Below, piece by piece: positions 46,947-54,998 of a DNA stretch of 64,000 nt. The stretch is taken from contig CAZUKQ010000001.1 in assembly GCA_964621025.1 (NCBI GenBank), positions 15,288 to 79,287 of the forward strand, given 5' to 3'. Every line of letters begins with the position of its first letter. The stretch's first letter is position 1. The position numbers and the translations under genes were made by a program. This stretch comes from Candidatus Woesearchaeota archaeon (GTDB lineage: Archaea; Nanobdellota; Nanobdellia; Pacearchaeales; GW2011-AR1). The notes beneath the pieces were generated by a model. That model worked only from the letters and a program-made list of their open reading frames with translations. It was not told where the DNA came from and searched no databases.

Positions 46947-47258
46947 ACAGAAGTTGCACCTCAAAACATTTCAGGAAATATTAAGTATCTTTCTTTTATG
47001 GATGCTAATGGAACTAGAAAAGTTGTCGAAGTTACTCATTTGGTAAACAATAAATGCTGTTACACCTTTAAAGAAGGAGAAGCAGAAAAACAATTCCGTG
47101 GAAAAATAGCTACAATAGAAAGTCGTGTTGATGAACCTAGCGTTAAAGTAAAATTGGCTAATCTTTTACAAGATACTGTAATCTTACCTGCTGAACTTTA
47201 CGGAATTCCTGGTTCTGATTTGAGAATAAGTTTGCCAACTCTAAGGTATATTGAATAA
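46944..47258 (+). CDS. hypothetical protein (104 aa)
   Basis: Start moved to ATG 46944 at the end of the duplicated promoter module. The upstream part of ORF-track 46854 is read-through of that module. Confidence 0.45.
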   Translation: MTEVAPQNISGNIKYLSFMDANGTRKVVEVTHLVNNKCCYTFKEGEAEKQFRGKIATIESRVDEPSVKVKLANLLQDTVILPAELYGIPGSDLRISLPTLRYIE

Positions 47259-47312
47259 ACCTATATTCTCACTAGTGATAACATCTAAAAATATTTTTTT
47301 ACTAATATTAGT

Positions 47313-47732
47313 ATGGGAAACCCAACAAGATATCTCTTTGTATGCATGGCGAACATAAATAGAAGTGTGACTGGGGAGAAAGTTTTTAAAGAGATACTGG
47401 AAGAAAGAAACTTTAAAGTTGGGTCCTTGGAGGAGAAAACCGGAAGTGATTTTTATGTCGGGTCTGCTGGAGTAAAGGTGGATGACTTGGAATTGGACGG
47501 AAGACAATACGAAGATGAACTTGGTGATTCGGTTGACCAGATATTCGCAGCAGATTGGCATGTTTCTTTGATACTTAGCGCAGATTATACAACTAAAATG
47601 AGTAAGATAACTGACTTGAAGATTGGGGATTTCTATGATATTAAAGTTCCTCTTGATGAGTTTGCTCTTCGAACTGTTCTGCATGAAAGATTGCAAAAAC
47701 ATGTTCCCGAAAGAAGACCGGAGGCAAAATGA
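47313..47732 (+). CDS. LMW-PTP-fold phosphatase, Ssu72-like P-loop (paralog 2)
   Basis: YLFVCMANINRSVTGE and IGDFYD. CTAAAAAT lies 28 nt upstream. Confidence 0.7.
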   Translation: MGNPTRYLFVCMANINRSVTGEKVFKEILEERNFKVGSLEEKTGSDFYVGSAGVKVDDLELDGRQYEDELGDSVDQIFAADWHVSLILSADYTTKMSKITDLKIGDFYDIKVPLDEFALRTVLHERLQKHVPERRPEAK

Positions 47733-48136
47733 AAAAGCCAACAAGGTACTTATTTGTTTGTAGATTTAATCAGAATAGAAGTAAGACTGGCGAGGCTGTT
47801 TTTAGAAAAATGTTGGAGGAAAAAGGTTTCAAAGTTGGAAGCTTAGAAGATAAAACGGGATATGACTACTATGCTGGTGCCGCAGGTATGGAATGCCAGA
47901 ATACTGAGCACTCTAAAAAATATACTCAAGAATTGGGAGACAGTGTAGATTTTGTTTTCGCTGCTGACAGACAGATTGATATGCAACTTGAACTTTATTT
48001 AACGGTTCCAAGAAAAAAATTAGCAAACCTTAGAATTCCGGATAATTATAACATTACCTATCCTGATGAGAAAGCAGAATTGGAAGAAATTCTTCGTGAT
48101 AAGTTGGAAGAGTATATGCCGAAAAGGAAAATTTGA
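47729..48136 (+). CDS. LMW-PTP-fold phosphatase, Ssu72-like P-loop (paralog 3)
   Basis: YLFVCRFNQNRSKTGE and IPDNYN. ATGA overlap with paralog 2. Confidence 0.7.
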   Translation: MKKPTRYLFVCRFNQNRSKTGEAVFRKMLEEKGFKVGSLEDKTGYDYYAGAAGMECQNTEHSKKYTQELGDSVDFVFAADRQIDMQLELYLTVPRKKLANLRIPDNYNITYPDEKAELEEILRDKLEEYMPKRKI

Positions 48137-48202
48137 TTGTTACTAGAAGGTGCGATTTTTTGGATAAAAGTTTATAAGTTCTTTTTTACTAGATTATTTA
48201 TG
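48137..48202 (+). repeat. 66-nt duplicated promoter module, copy B
   Basis: TTGTTACTAGAAGGTGCGATTTTTTGGATAAAAGTTTATAAGTTCTTTTTTACTAGATTATTTATG. Confidence 0.7.
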
Positions 48203-48490
48203 GGAAAGGACTTGACCGTTTTGACAAACAGAGAGATTAGAAATCTCGGAATAGACTTGGAAGACGAAGACAAATTTGAAAAATTGGACTCCAATGATGC
48301 ATATATCTCATTTTGTTTAGGGGAAGGCCCTACTAGAATGGATGCTAGACGAGCTGCAAGAAAAGTTGCTAGAAAGTTTTTACGTAAAGGAACAGACCTA
48401 ATGGTTGTTTCTTTGGACTATTCAATGACTGTTGGAGCTTGGACAAGTGCTAATTACAAGGTTGACCAGTATAAAATGCGACTTGCATAA
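48200..48490 (+). CDS. hypothetical protein (96 aa)
   Basis: Start moved to ATG 48200 at the end of promoter module copy B. Confidence 0.45.
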   Translation: MGKDLTVLTNREIRNLGIDLEDEDKFEKLDSNDAYISFCLGEGPTRMDARRAARKVARKFLRKGTDLMVVSLDYSMTVGAWTSANYKVDQYKMRLA

Positions 48491-48527
48491 AAGGAAGAAA
48501 TAAAAACCAGCATTTCAATTAATTTTT

Positions 48528-48857
48528 ATGACAGACAAAACATTAGAAGTAGATTTGGGAGATGAACTAATTCATCAGATTCAAGCTATTAAGAAATTTG
48601 AAGGTCGAAGAGTTAATGTAGAAGATAGCGTACATGGTGTTATTGTAGGTATTAACATGGGTTATAACGGACGAAGAGGATTTTATTCAGTTAGTAATGA
48701 AGGTAATCCTCAGGTTTTGTTCCCTCAAAATCTTACAAAAATGACTTTGTTAGAGGTAAAAGAAGGCGATGAAATGAGAATTAGACATTCTTATTTTGAA
48801 GTTACAGATAAGACAATTGATGTTACAAAAAAAGCTGCGCAGAGATACCGAACCTAA
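48528..48857 (+). CDS. hypothetical protein (109 aa)
   Basis: ORF track only. Confidence 0.45.
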   Translation: MTDKTLEVDLGDELIHQIQAIKKFEGRRVNVEDSVHGVIVGINMGYNGRRGFYSVSNEGNPQVLFPQNLTKMTLLEVKEGDEMRIRHSYFEVTDKTIDVTKKAAQRYRT

Positions 48858-48867
48858 ATAACAATTC

Positions 48868-48875
48868 TTATAAAT
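48868..48875 (+). promoter_or_regulatory. TATA box (TTATAAAT), starts 28 nt upstream of ATG 48896
   Basis: Fits the -28 TATA rule. Confidence 0.55.
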
Positions 48876-48895
48876 TAGGTTTTCTAATCGAAGTT

Positions 48896-50260
48896 ATGGT
48901 TGAAAAAGAATATACTTTTTTGGAGGCAACAACTTCTCTTTGTAATGTTTGCGAAAAAAGAATAGATGCGAAAATAATTGAAAAGAATAAATCGGTTTAT
49001 ATTTTAAAAAATTGTTTAGAACACGGCGAACAAATTGAATTATTGGAAGAGGATGCCGTTTATCACAGAAGAAAAATTCAGTATGACAAACCGGGAAACA
49101 AAATAAGGCCTGAAACTGCTGTGAAGAAGAGTTGTCCATTTGATTGTGGTCTTTGTTCTGCGCATGAACAACATACCTGTAATGCTCTAATCGATGTGAC
49201 TGATAAATGTGATTTGTGTTGCCCAATGTGCTACGCTTCTAGCGGAAAGGGGAAACATTTAGAGTTAAAAAAAATTGAAGAGATGATGGATTTTTTCCAG
49301 AAAAAAGAAGATGGAAAGGCTGAAATTTTGCAAATCAGCGGCGGAGAACCAACAACTCACCCAGAAATTATAAAAATACTTGAAATTGCAAAGAAAAAGA
49401 AATTTAGATATATAATGTTAAACACAAATGGATTGAAAATCGCTAGCGATGAAAATTTTGTTAAAGAACTTTCTAAGTTTAAAGGAAGATTTGAAATTTA
49501 TCTGCAGTTTGATGGTTTTAAAGATTCTACTTATAGATTCCTTAGAGGAAGAGAAGATTTATTGAAAACTAAAATGAAAGCAATTGAAAATTTGCAAAAA
49601 TATAAAATTCCAATAACTCTTGTTGCGACTATACAAAGGGGAATAAACGAAGATGAAATTGGAAAAATCTTTGAGTTTGCTGTTAACACGCGAGGAATAA
49701 GGGGAATAAATTTTCAGCCGGTTGCTTTTTTTGGAAGAACAAATAAATTTGATACCAAAGATAGAATTACACTTTCTGGAATTGTGAATAGACTTGAACA
49801 ACAAACTAAGGGAATGGTTAAGCGAACAGACATAATTCCTCTGCCTTGTAATGTTAATCGTGTTGGTGTGAGTTATTTTTACAAAGACGCGAAGGGATTT
49901 TTTCCCTTGACGAGAAATTTGAATGTTAGTTCTTACTTGCCTTTAATCGATAACACTTTTGCATTTGATGCAGATAAAATTTTAGAAGATAAAACAAAGG
50001 CTATTGGTTGTTGTAGCTGTTTTACAAAGTTTTTTAATGATTTTAGTAAATTAATTCCAAAGGATTACAAAAAATTCTCCAATGAAGAGAAGATGAACTG
50101 GTGGGATGAACATTCTTTTAGAGTTAGTATTGTTTCCTTTGTTGACAAATACAATTTTGATATGAAATCTATGAAAAAAGAATGCGTACATTTCGTAACT
50201 CCTGATATGAAAAGAATTCCTTTTTCTTCGTATAATATGTTTTACAGAAAGGCGATTTAG
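48896..50260 (+). CDS. radical SAM enzyme with N-terminal Cys-rich segment and extra CPFDCGLC cluster motif (possibly tetraether-lipid-synthase/MJ0619-like clade)
   Basis: CNVCEKR...NCLEHG, CPFDCGLCSAHEQHTC, the radical SAM motif CDLCCPMC (C-x3-C-x2-C), ISGGEPT, and a ~200-aa C-terminal extension with CC.C. Confidence 0.8.
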   Translation: MVEKEYTFLEATTSLCNVCEKRIDAKIIEKNKSVYILKNCLEHGEQIELLEEDAVYHRRKIQYDKPGNKIRPETAVKKSCPFDCGLCSAHEQHTCNALIDVTDKCDLCCPMCYASSGKGKHLELKKIEEMMDFFQKKEDGKAEILQISGGEPTTHPEIIKILEIAKKKKFRYIMLNTNGLKIASDENFVKELSKFKGRFEIYLQFDGFKDSTYRFLRGREDLLKTKMKAIENLQKYKIPITLVATIQRGINEDEIGKIFEFAVNTRGIRGINFQPVAFFGRTNKFDTKDRITLSGIVNRLEQQTKGMVKRTDIIPLPCNVNRVGVSYFYKDAKGFFPLTRNLNVSSYLPLIDNTFAFDADKILEDKTKAIGCCSCFTKFFNDFSKLIPKDYKKFSNEEKMNWWDEHSFRVSIVSFVDKYNFDMKSMKKECVHFVTPDMKRIPFSSYNMFYRKAI

Positions 50261-50294
50261 GAAAGTATATAAACAATTTAAGATTAATTATTTT

Positions 50295-50504
50295 ATGGAA
50301 GCAAAGAAGGTGATTTTAATTCTATTGACAATTTTTATAGTTGGTCCTTTGGTTTTTATTGGTACTTGTTTTCCATTAGGTCTTTTTAGTTTTGGCATGT
50401 ACTCTAACTATAATACCTTTGTTGTGACCTTTGTCTATGCTTTGTCAATAACCTTCGCAATTTGGGTAGTTATTGCAATGTCTAAAAGGATTGCTAGAAA
50501 ATAA
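50295..50504 (+). CDS. small 2-TM membrane protein (paralog A)
   Basis: KKVILILLTIFIVGPLVFIGTCFPL parallels 51087-51323. ATATAAAC lies 28 nt upstream. Confidence 0.5.
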   Translation: MEAKKVILILLTIFIVGPLVFIGTCFPLGLFSFGMYSNYNTFVVTFVYALSITFAIWVVIAMSKRIARK

Positions 50505-50505
50505 G

Positions 50506-51093
50506 ATGAATATTCTTCTAATCAATTCCATTATAACAAGCATTGCGTTTGTAGTTATTGTTCTCGCTGTTTTAATTGATTTCATTGAAAATCATGCTGG
50601 AAGAAAGGCGGAGAAAGAAAAGAAGAGCTGGGTTGAAACTGGGACAATGTTTGTTTTTTTCTTTTTGTTTTATTTTGTAATCAGATTTAAAGTAGGAATT
50701 GTTAGTGTTCCATTGAACTCTTTAGCAATTTTTGAGATTTATCTTTGCTGGTTTGTAATTTTTCTTGGAACTTGGTTTAATGTTGCAGGAAGAATTACTC
50801 TCGGAAAAAACTGGGCGAACCAAATAAAAATTTACAAGAATCATACTTTGAAAAAAGAAGGAGTTTATTCTATTGTTAGACATCCACTTTATGCATCCTT
50901 GATTTGGATTTTTTACGCTTGTTCTATTATTTATTTTAATGTTGCTGCATTTTTCCTTAACACATTAGTTTTTGTGCCAATGATGTACTATCGAGCAAAA
51001 CAAGAAGAAAAATTCTTATCGGAACAATTTAAAAACTATAAAGACTATCAGAAAGAGGTAGGAATGTTTATTCCAAAATTTAAAATATGGTAG
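50506..51093 (+). CDS. ICMT/PEMT-family membrane methyltransferase
   Basis: Polytopic protein with GVYSIVRHPLYASLIW (the RHPxY signature). Start at ATG 50506, 1 nt after the upstream stop. Confidence 0.7.
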   Translation: MNILLINSIITSIAFVVIVLAVLIDFIENHAGRKAEKEKKSWVETGTMFVFFFLFYFVIRFKVGIVSVPLNSLAIFEIYLCWFVIFLGTWFNVAGRITLGKNWANQIKIYKNHTLKKEGVYSIVRHPLYASLIWIFYACSIIYFNVAAFFLNTLVFVPMMYYRAKQEEKFLSEQFKNYKDYQKEVGMFIPKFKIW

Positions 51094-51323
51094 ACACTAG
51101 GGAAATTAAAGAAAAATTAAGTATGAAGAAAGTTGTGTTAATGACTTTAACTGGTTTATTTATTGGTCCTTTGGTTTTTTTTGGTAGTTGTGTTCCTCTT
51201 CTGGGTTTTTCAGAGAGCTTTGGAGATAAATATGTAATCTTCTATTTTTTTAGTTTTATATTATCTGTAGTTCTTACCGGCCTAGTATGTTATTTTATTA
51301 TAAAAAGGATTCTTAAAAAATGA
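51087..51323 (+). CDS. small 2-TM membrane protein (paralog B)
   Basis: KKVVLMTLTGLFIGPLVFFGSCVPL parallels 50295-50504. Confidence 0.5.
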   Translation: MVDTREIKEKLSMKKVVLMTLTGLFIGPLVFFGSCVPLLGFSESFGDKYVIFYFFSFILSVVLTGLVCYFIIKRILKK

Positions 51324-51778
51324 AACAACAAATAGCAAAAGTCAAAAGCGCGGAATTTTTTTTCTGCCGAATCGGAGTGATGCTTTTAGTTTGGGCTGCA
51401 CTTATCTTTAGAAGTAAAGACTTAGTTCTATTAAGTTTTGTAATTCTTCTACTCTCCGCGATTTTCACAGTTAGATATGCGCCGATGATTTTAATTTGGA
51501 GATACACCTTAGGTATTTTCTTTAATTCGAATGATGAACTATTGAATGTTAAAGCAATGAGATTTGCACATTCTCTTGGAACTGTTCTTGCTGGAATTTG
51601 TTTGTTGTTCTTATATTTCGGGAATCAAACCGTTGGATGGGGCTTCGTTGCTTTTTTCGCAATAATGAAAACAATTTCTGCTTTTGGTTTCTGTCCGGCT
51701 TCTAAAGTTTATGTCTGCATGTCAAATGGAACTTGCTGTGCTTTTTCTAGAAAAATGAAAAAAATGAGAGAGAAATAA
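51320..51778 (+). CDS. membrane protein, DUF4395-like
   Basis: 4 TM segments and a C-terminal GFCPASKVYVCM...CC motif. Family assigned from memory. Confidence 0.45.
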   Translation: MKQQIAKVKSAEFFFCRIGVMLLVWAALIFRSKDLVLLSFVILLLSAIFTVRYAPMILIWRYTLGIFFNSNDELLNVKAMRFAHSLGTVLAGICLLFLYFGNQTVGWGFVAFFAIMKTISAFGFCPASKVYVCMSNGTCCAFSRKMKKMREK

Positions 51779-51779
51779 A

Positions 51780-52547
51780 ATGTTCGACTTTCACACCGTT
51801 CCTGTTTCTGACTGGGGAGTTTTACCTGTTTTGTTTAAAGTTGGAGATATTCCCATTTCTTCCTATTCTTTCTTCATGTTGTTGGCGATTGTCTTGGGTA
51901 GTTTAGTCTATTGGCTTGAGGCGAGAAAACAAAAGATGGCTAATGAGAATAGTTTTTACATTATTATTGCTGCTTTGATTGGTGGTGCTATTGGTGCGAA
52001 ACTCCTGATAGTTATTTACTATTGGAATCAGATTGTTGCTAGCTTTCCTGACTTGACTATTCTGCTTTCTGGTCGGTCTATTCTTGGCGGTTTGGTAGGA
52101 GGGTTTCTGGGAGTGTTATTAGTTAAAAAGAAATTGAAGATACAAGGGAGAAGAGGAAATTTGTTTGTCCCTGCGATTGCGCTCGGTGTAGCTATTGGAA
52201 GAATTGGCTGTTTCTTGGCTGGATGTTGCTTTGGTGATCCTACGAGTTTGCCATGGGGCGTTGATTTTGGTGACGGAATTTTAAGACATCCTACACAGCT
52301 GTATGAATCTCTGTTTATGCTTGGCGTGTTCTTCTATTCTAAATGGAAGTTGAAAGATAAGAAGCTTAAGCCGGGACAGTTGTTTAATCAGTTCATAATA
52401 ATCTATTTTGTTTGGAGATTCCTTGTTAGTTTCATTAGGGCTGAACCTTCTGTTCTTTTTGGACTTGACTTCTTCCAGTGGTTTTCTCTAGGTGCAATTA
52501 TATTGTTTTGGATTAGGGGAAGAAAATTTAGGAAACAGAATAAATAA
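51780..52547 (+). CDS. lgt: prolipoprotein diacylglyceryl transferase (bacterial-type Lgt)
   Basis: GRIGCFLAGCCFGDPTSLPWGV and RHPTQLYESL are Lgt signatures. Polytopic, ~255 aa. Confidence 0.8.
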   Translation: MFDFHTVPVSDWGVLPVLFKVGDIPISSYSFFMLLAIVLGSLVYWLEARKQKMANENSFYIIIAALIGGAIGAKLLIVIYYWNQIVASFPDLTILLSGRSILGGLVGGFLGVLLVKKKLKIQGRRGNLFVPAIALGVAIGRIGCFLAGCCFGDPTSLPWGVDFGDGILRHPTQLYESLFMLGVFFYSKWKLKDKKLKPGQLFNQFIIIYFVWRFLVSFIRAEPSVLFGLDFFQWFSLGAIILFWIRGRKFRKQNK

Positions 52548-52571
52548 AAAGGCTCTTGGATTAGTAAATTC

Positions 52572-53960
52572 ATGGCAAAAGATGGTAGCTATCCGTTGAA
52601 GATTGGTTTAGAGATTCATGGATATTTGGATACGAATGAGAAACTTTTCTGTATGTGTAAAACTGATTTTTTGGACGTTAAGGCAAATTCACTAGTTTGT
52701 CCGATTTGTACTGGTCAGCCGGGATGCAAGCCAATGATGCCGAACGAGTCGGCGATGGATAAGTTGTTGCAGATTGCGTTGATTATGGGTTGTAAAATTA
52801 ATTCTGATAAGGATTTGGTGTGGCAGAGAAAACATTACAACTGGGCGGATTTGCCGAAGGGTTATCAGAACACGATTTCTGGTGCTTACGCGATTCCTGT
52901 GGCTGTTGAAGGGAAATTTGAAGGGATAAATATTACTGAGTGTCATTTGGAAGAAGACCCTGCACAGTGGAATCCTGAGACTGGTGGAATTAATTATAAT
53001 CGTTCTGGTTTGCCTTTGGTGGAAATTGTTACAGAGCCAGACTTTAGAAGTTCGGACCAGGTTGTTGCTTGGTTGAAAGTTTTGGTTCATTCTTTAGCGT
53101 ATGTAAAAGCTCTGAGAAAAAACGGAGGGATTAAGGTTGATGTTAATGTTTCTACTTATGGTGAGAGAGTTGAGATGAAAAATTTGAATTCGCTTGAGAA
53201 AATAAAGAAGGCGATTGAGTATGAAATTGGGAGACAGCTTGAGAACCACGAGAAAGGAATTGAACAGAAGAGGGACACTTTGGCTTTTGATGAGACTACT
53301 GGGAAGACAATTAAGATGAGAAGTAAGGAGGGGGCTGCTGATTACAGATTTATTCCTGACCCAGATTTACCTGTGATTAAACTTGATAAGAAAAAAATTG
53401 AGAAGATGAAAAAGGAATTGCCTGAAATGCCTTCGGCAAAACTTGAAAAACTTTTGAAGAAATATAAGTTGGAAAAATCTGACGCGGAGATTTTGGTTAA
53501 GAATTTGGAGCTGGTTGATTTTGCTGAAGGTTTAGATAAGGCTGGAGTGAAGGTTAAGGAAAATATTTCATGGATTACGATTGAGTTGTTGAGGGTTTTG
53601 AATTATAATAAGAAAACTTTGGAAGATACTGATGTTGAGATTAGGCCGGAGCATTTGGCTGAGTTGATTTCTCTTGTTGACAAGGGCGAGTTGACAGTTT
53701 TGAAGGCGAAGCAGATTATGAACGATTTTGTTCCTAAGAGTTTTTCTGTAAAAGAAAAAATGAAGAGTGCGATTGGTAAGCTTTCCGACGAAGAAACTAG
53801 AAAGCTTGTGGAACAAGCTATAAAAGAAAATCCTAAGGTTTGGGAAGAATTTAAGTCTGGAAAGAAAGAATCTTTGAATTTTTTGATTGGTTGTGTTATG
53901 AAGTTGTCTAATAGAAGAGCGGACTTTGGGAAGGTTCGTGGAATGATGGAGAAACTATGA
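52572..53960 (+). CDS. gatB: Asp/Glu-tRNA amidotransferase subunit B
   Basis: IGLEIHGYLDTNEKLFCMC N-terminus, the cradle domain and a C-terminal GatB/YqeY helical domain. The 462 aa size fits GatB, not GatE. Confidence 0.8.
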   Translation: MAKDGSYPLKIGLEIHGYLDTNEKLFCMCKTDFLDVKANSLVCPICTGQPGCKPMMPNESAMDKLLQIALIMGCKINSDKDLVWQRKHYNWADLPKGYQNTISGAYAIPVAVEGKFEGINITECHLEEDPAQWNPETGGINYNRSGLPLVEIVTEPDFRSSDQVVAWLKVLVHSLAYVKALRKNGGIKVDVNVSTYGERVEMKNLNSLEKIKKAIEYEIGRQLENHEKGIEQKRDTLAFDETTGKTIKMRSKEGAADYRFIPDPDLPVIKLDKKKIEKMKKELPEMPSAKLEKLLKKYKLEKSDAEILVKNLELVDFAEGLDKAGVKVKENISWITIELLRVLNYNKKTLEDTDVEIRPEHLAELISLVDKGELTVLKAKQIMNDFVPKSFSVKEKMKSAIGKLSDEETRKLVEQAIKENPKVWEEFKSGKKESLNFLIGCVMKLSNRRADFGKVRGMMEKL

Positions 53961-54175
53961 AAAAATTAACTTGGTATGAATGGCTTATTCTGATCATAGC
54001 AATATTAAGTTTGATCATGAATTATTTTCAATATCTATCTAGTCAAGAAGATAAATTCCAGTTAACTAACTGTTTTAATTCTAAGACTACTATTGGTCTA
54101 GACTGTAGTGCTTCTGCTCCAGGAACTGTTGGATGTTATAGTGATGGCGGAATGGTTGTTTCTGTGAGTGGATAA
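53957..54175 (+). CDS. small membrane protein (72 aa)
   Basis: ORF track. One TM. ATGA overlap with gatB. Confidence 0.4.
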   Translation: MKKLTWYEWLILIIAILSLIMNYFQYLSSQEDKFQLTNCFNSKTTIGLDCSASAPGTVGCYSDGGMVVSVSG

Positions 54176-54244
54176 CTTCTCCCGCCCGTTCCCGCCGATA
54201 TGGGAAAACTAAAACCTTAAATAATTATTAAAATATGAAATAGA

Positions 54245-54523
54245 ATGATTGAGGATAAAAAAACTAGGAAAAAAATTTTAAGTTCTATTTTCTTTATTGC
54301 ATTAACATTATTTATTCTGAGTAAATTTGAATTTTTCCAAGGAATTGGAACATTTTTTAGTTCATCGCAAGTAATAATTGTGTTGAGTATAGTTTCTCTT
54401 GTTTTATTTATTGTTATAAGACATTATTTTTTTAAAAAATTTAAAAAGAGCGTAATGGACGCTAAAACAATCTTTCAAGATGTTTTAAAAAATCCTCCTC
54501 AACAACCTATTTCTTCAAGCTAG
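54245..54523 (+). CDS. small 2-TM membrane protein (92 aa)
   Basis: ORF track only. Confidence 0.4.
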   Translation: MIEDKKTRKKILSSIFFIALTLFILSKFEFFQGIGTFFSSSQVIIVLSIVSLVLFIVIRHYFFKKFKKSVMDAKTIFQDVLKNPPQQPISSS

Positions 54524-54564
54524 ATATGGGAAACTAAATCATAACAATCCTTAAAAAGTAAAAA

Positions 54565-54996
54565 ATGACTTTAAGTTTCATGGGAGCTGGATATGTTGCA
54601 GGAATTGGATTGTCATTAGCCGGTCATGTAGCCTTTGGTTATTTGTCTGCGACTGGGTCTCCCCTCGCTAAAGAATACTTCCCAGTTGAAGTTATGAATT
54701 ATTTTGCTGCCCCTGTTGGTCTTTTTTTCAACGGTTTGTGTAATGTGTCTATGATGGATGAATTCGGGCTCGGGCCTGTTGATTACGCTAATCGTCCTAG
54801 AAGAGACGGAATGACTATATCAAAAGGTAAAGATGGTCAAGTTCAGTTTCATAGAATTAGCGGAAAACCGAGGCGAAAAGTAGGTAGACTTGAGGTTGGA
54901 CTTGTTCAAGGAGTTCTTGCTCAAGGAGTTAATACTGCAGCTTTGGCTGTTGGTGTTGGTGCTGGCTACTTAGCTAAAACATTTTCTGGAAATTAA
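54565..54996 (+). CDS. hypothetical membrane protein (143 aa)
   Basis: ORF track. Gly/Ala-rich hydrophobic ends. Confidence 0.4.
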   Translation: MTLSFMGAGYVAGIGLSLAGHVAFGYLSATGSPLAKEYFPVEVMNYFAAPVGLFFNGLCNVSMMDEFGLGPVDYANRPRRDGMTISKGKDGQVQFHRISGKPRRKVGRLEVGLVQGVLAQGVNTAALAVGVGAGYLAKTFSGN

Positions 54997-54998
54997 TT

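Noticed and set aside
47241-47744. 167-aa minus-strand ORF covering phosphatase paralog 2
   Set aside because: It is antisense to a gene with a clear CX5R P-loop that is paralogous to two neighbours, and it has no features of its own.
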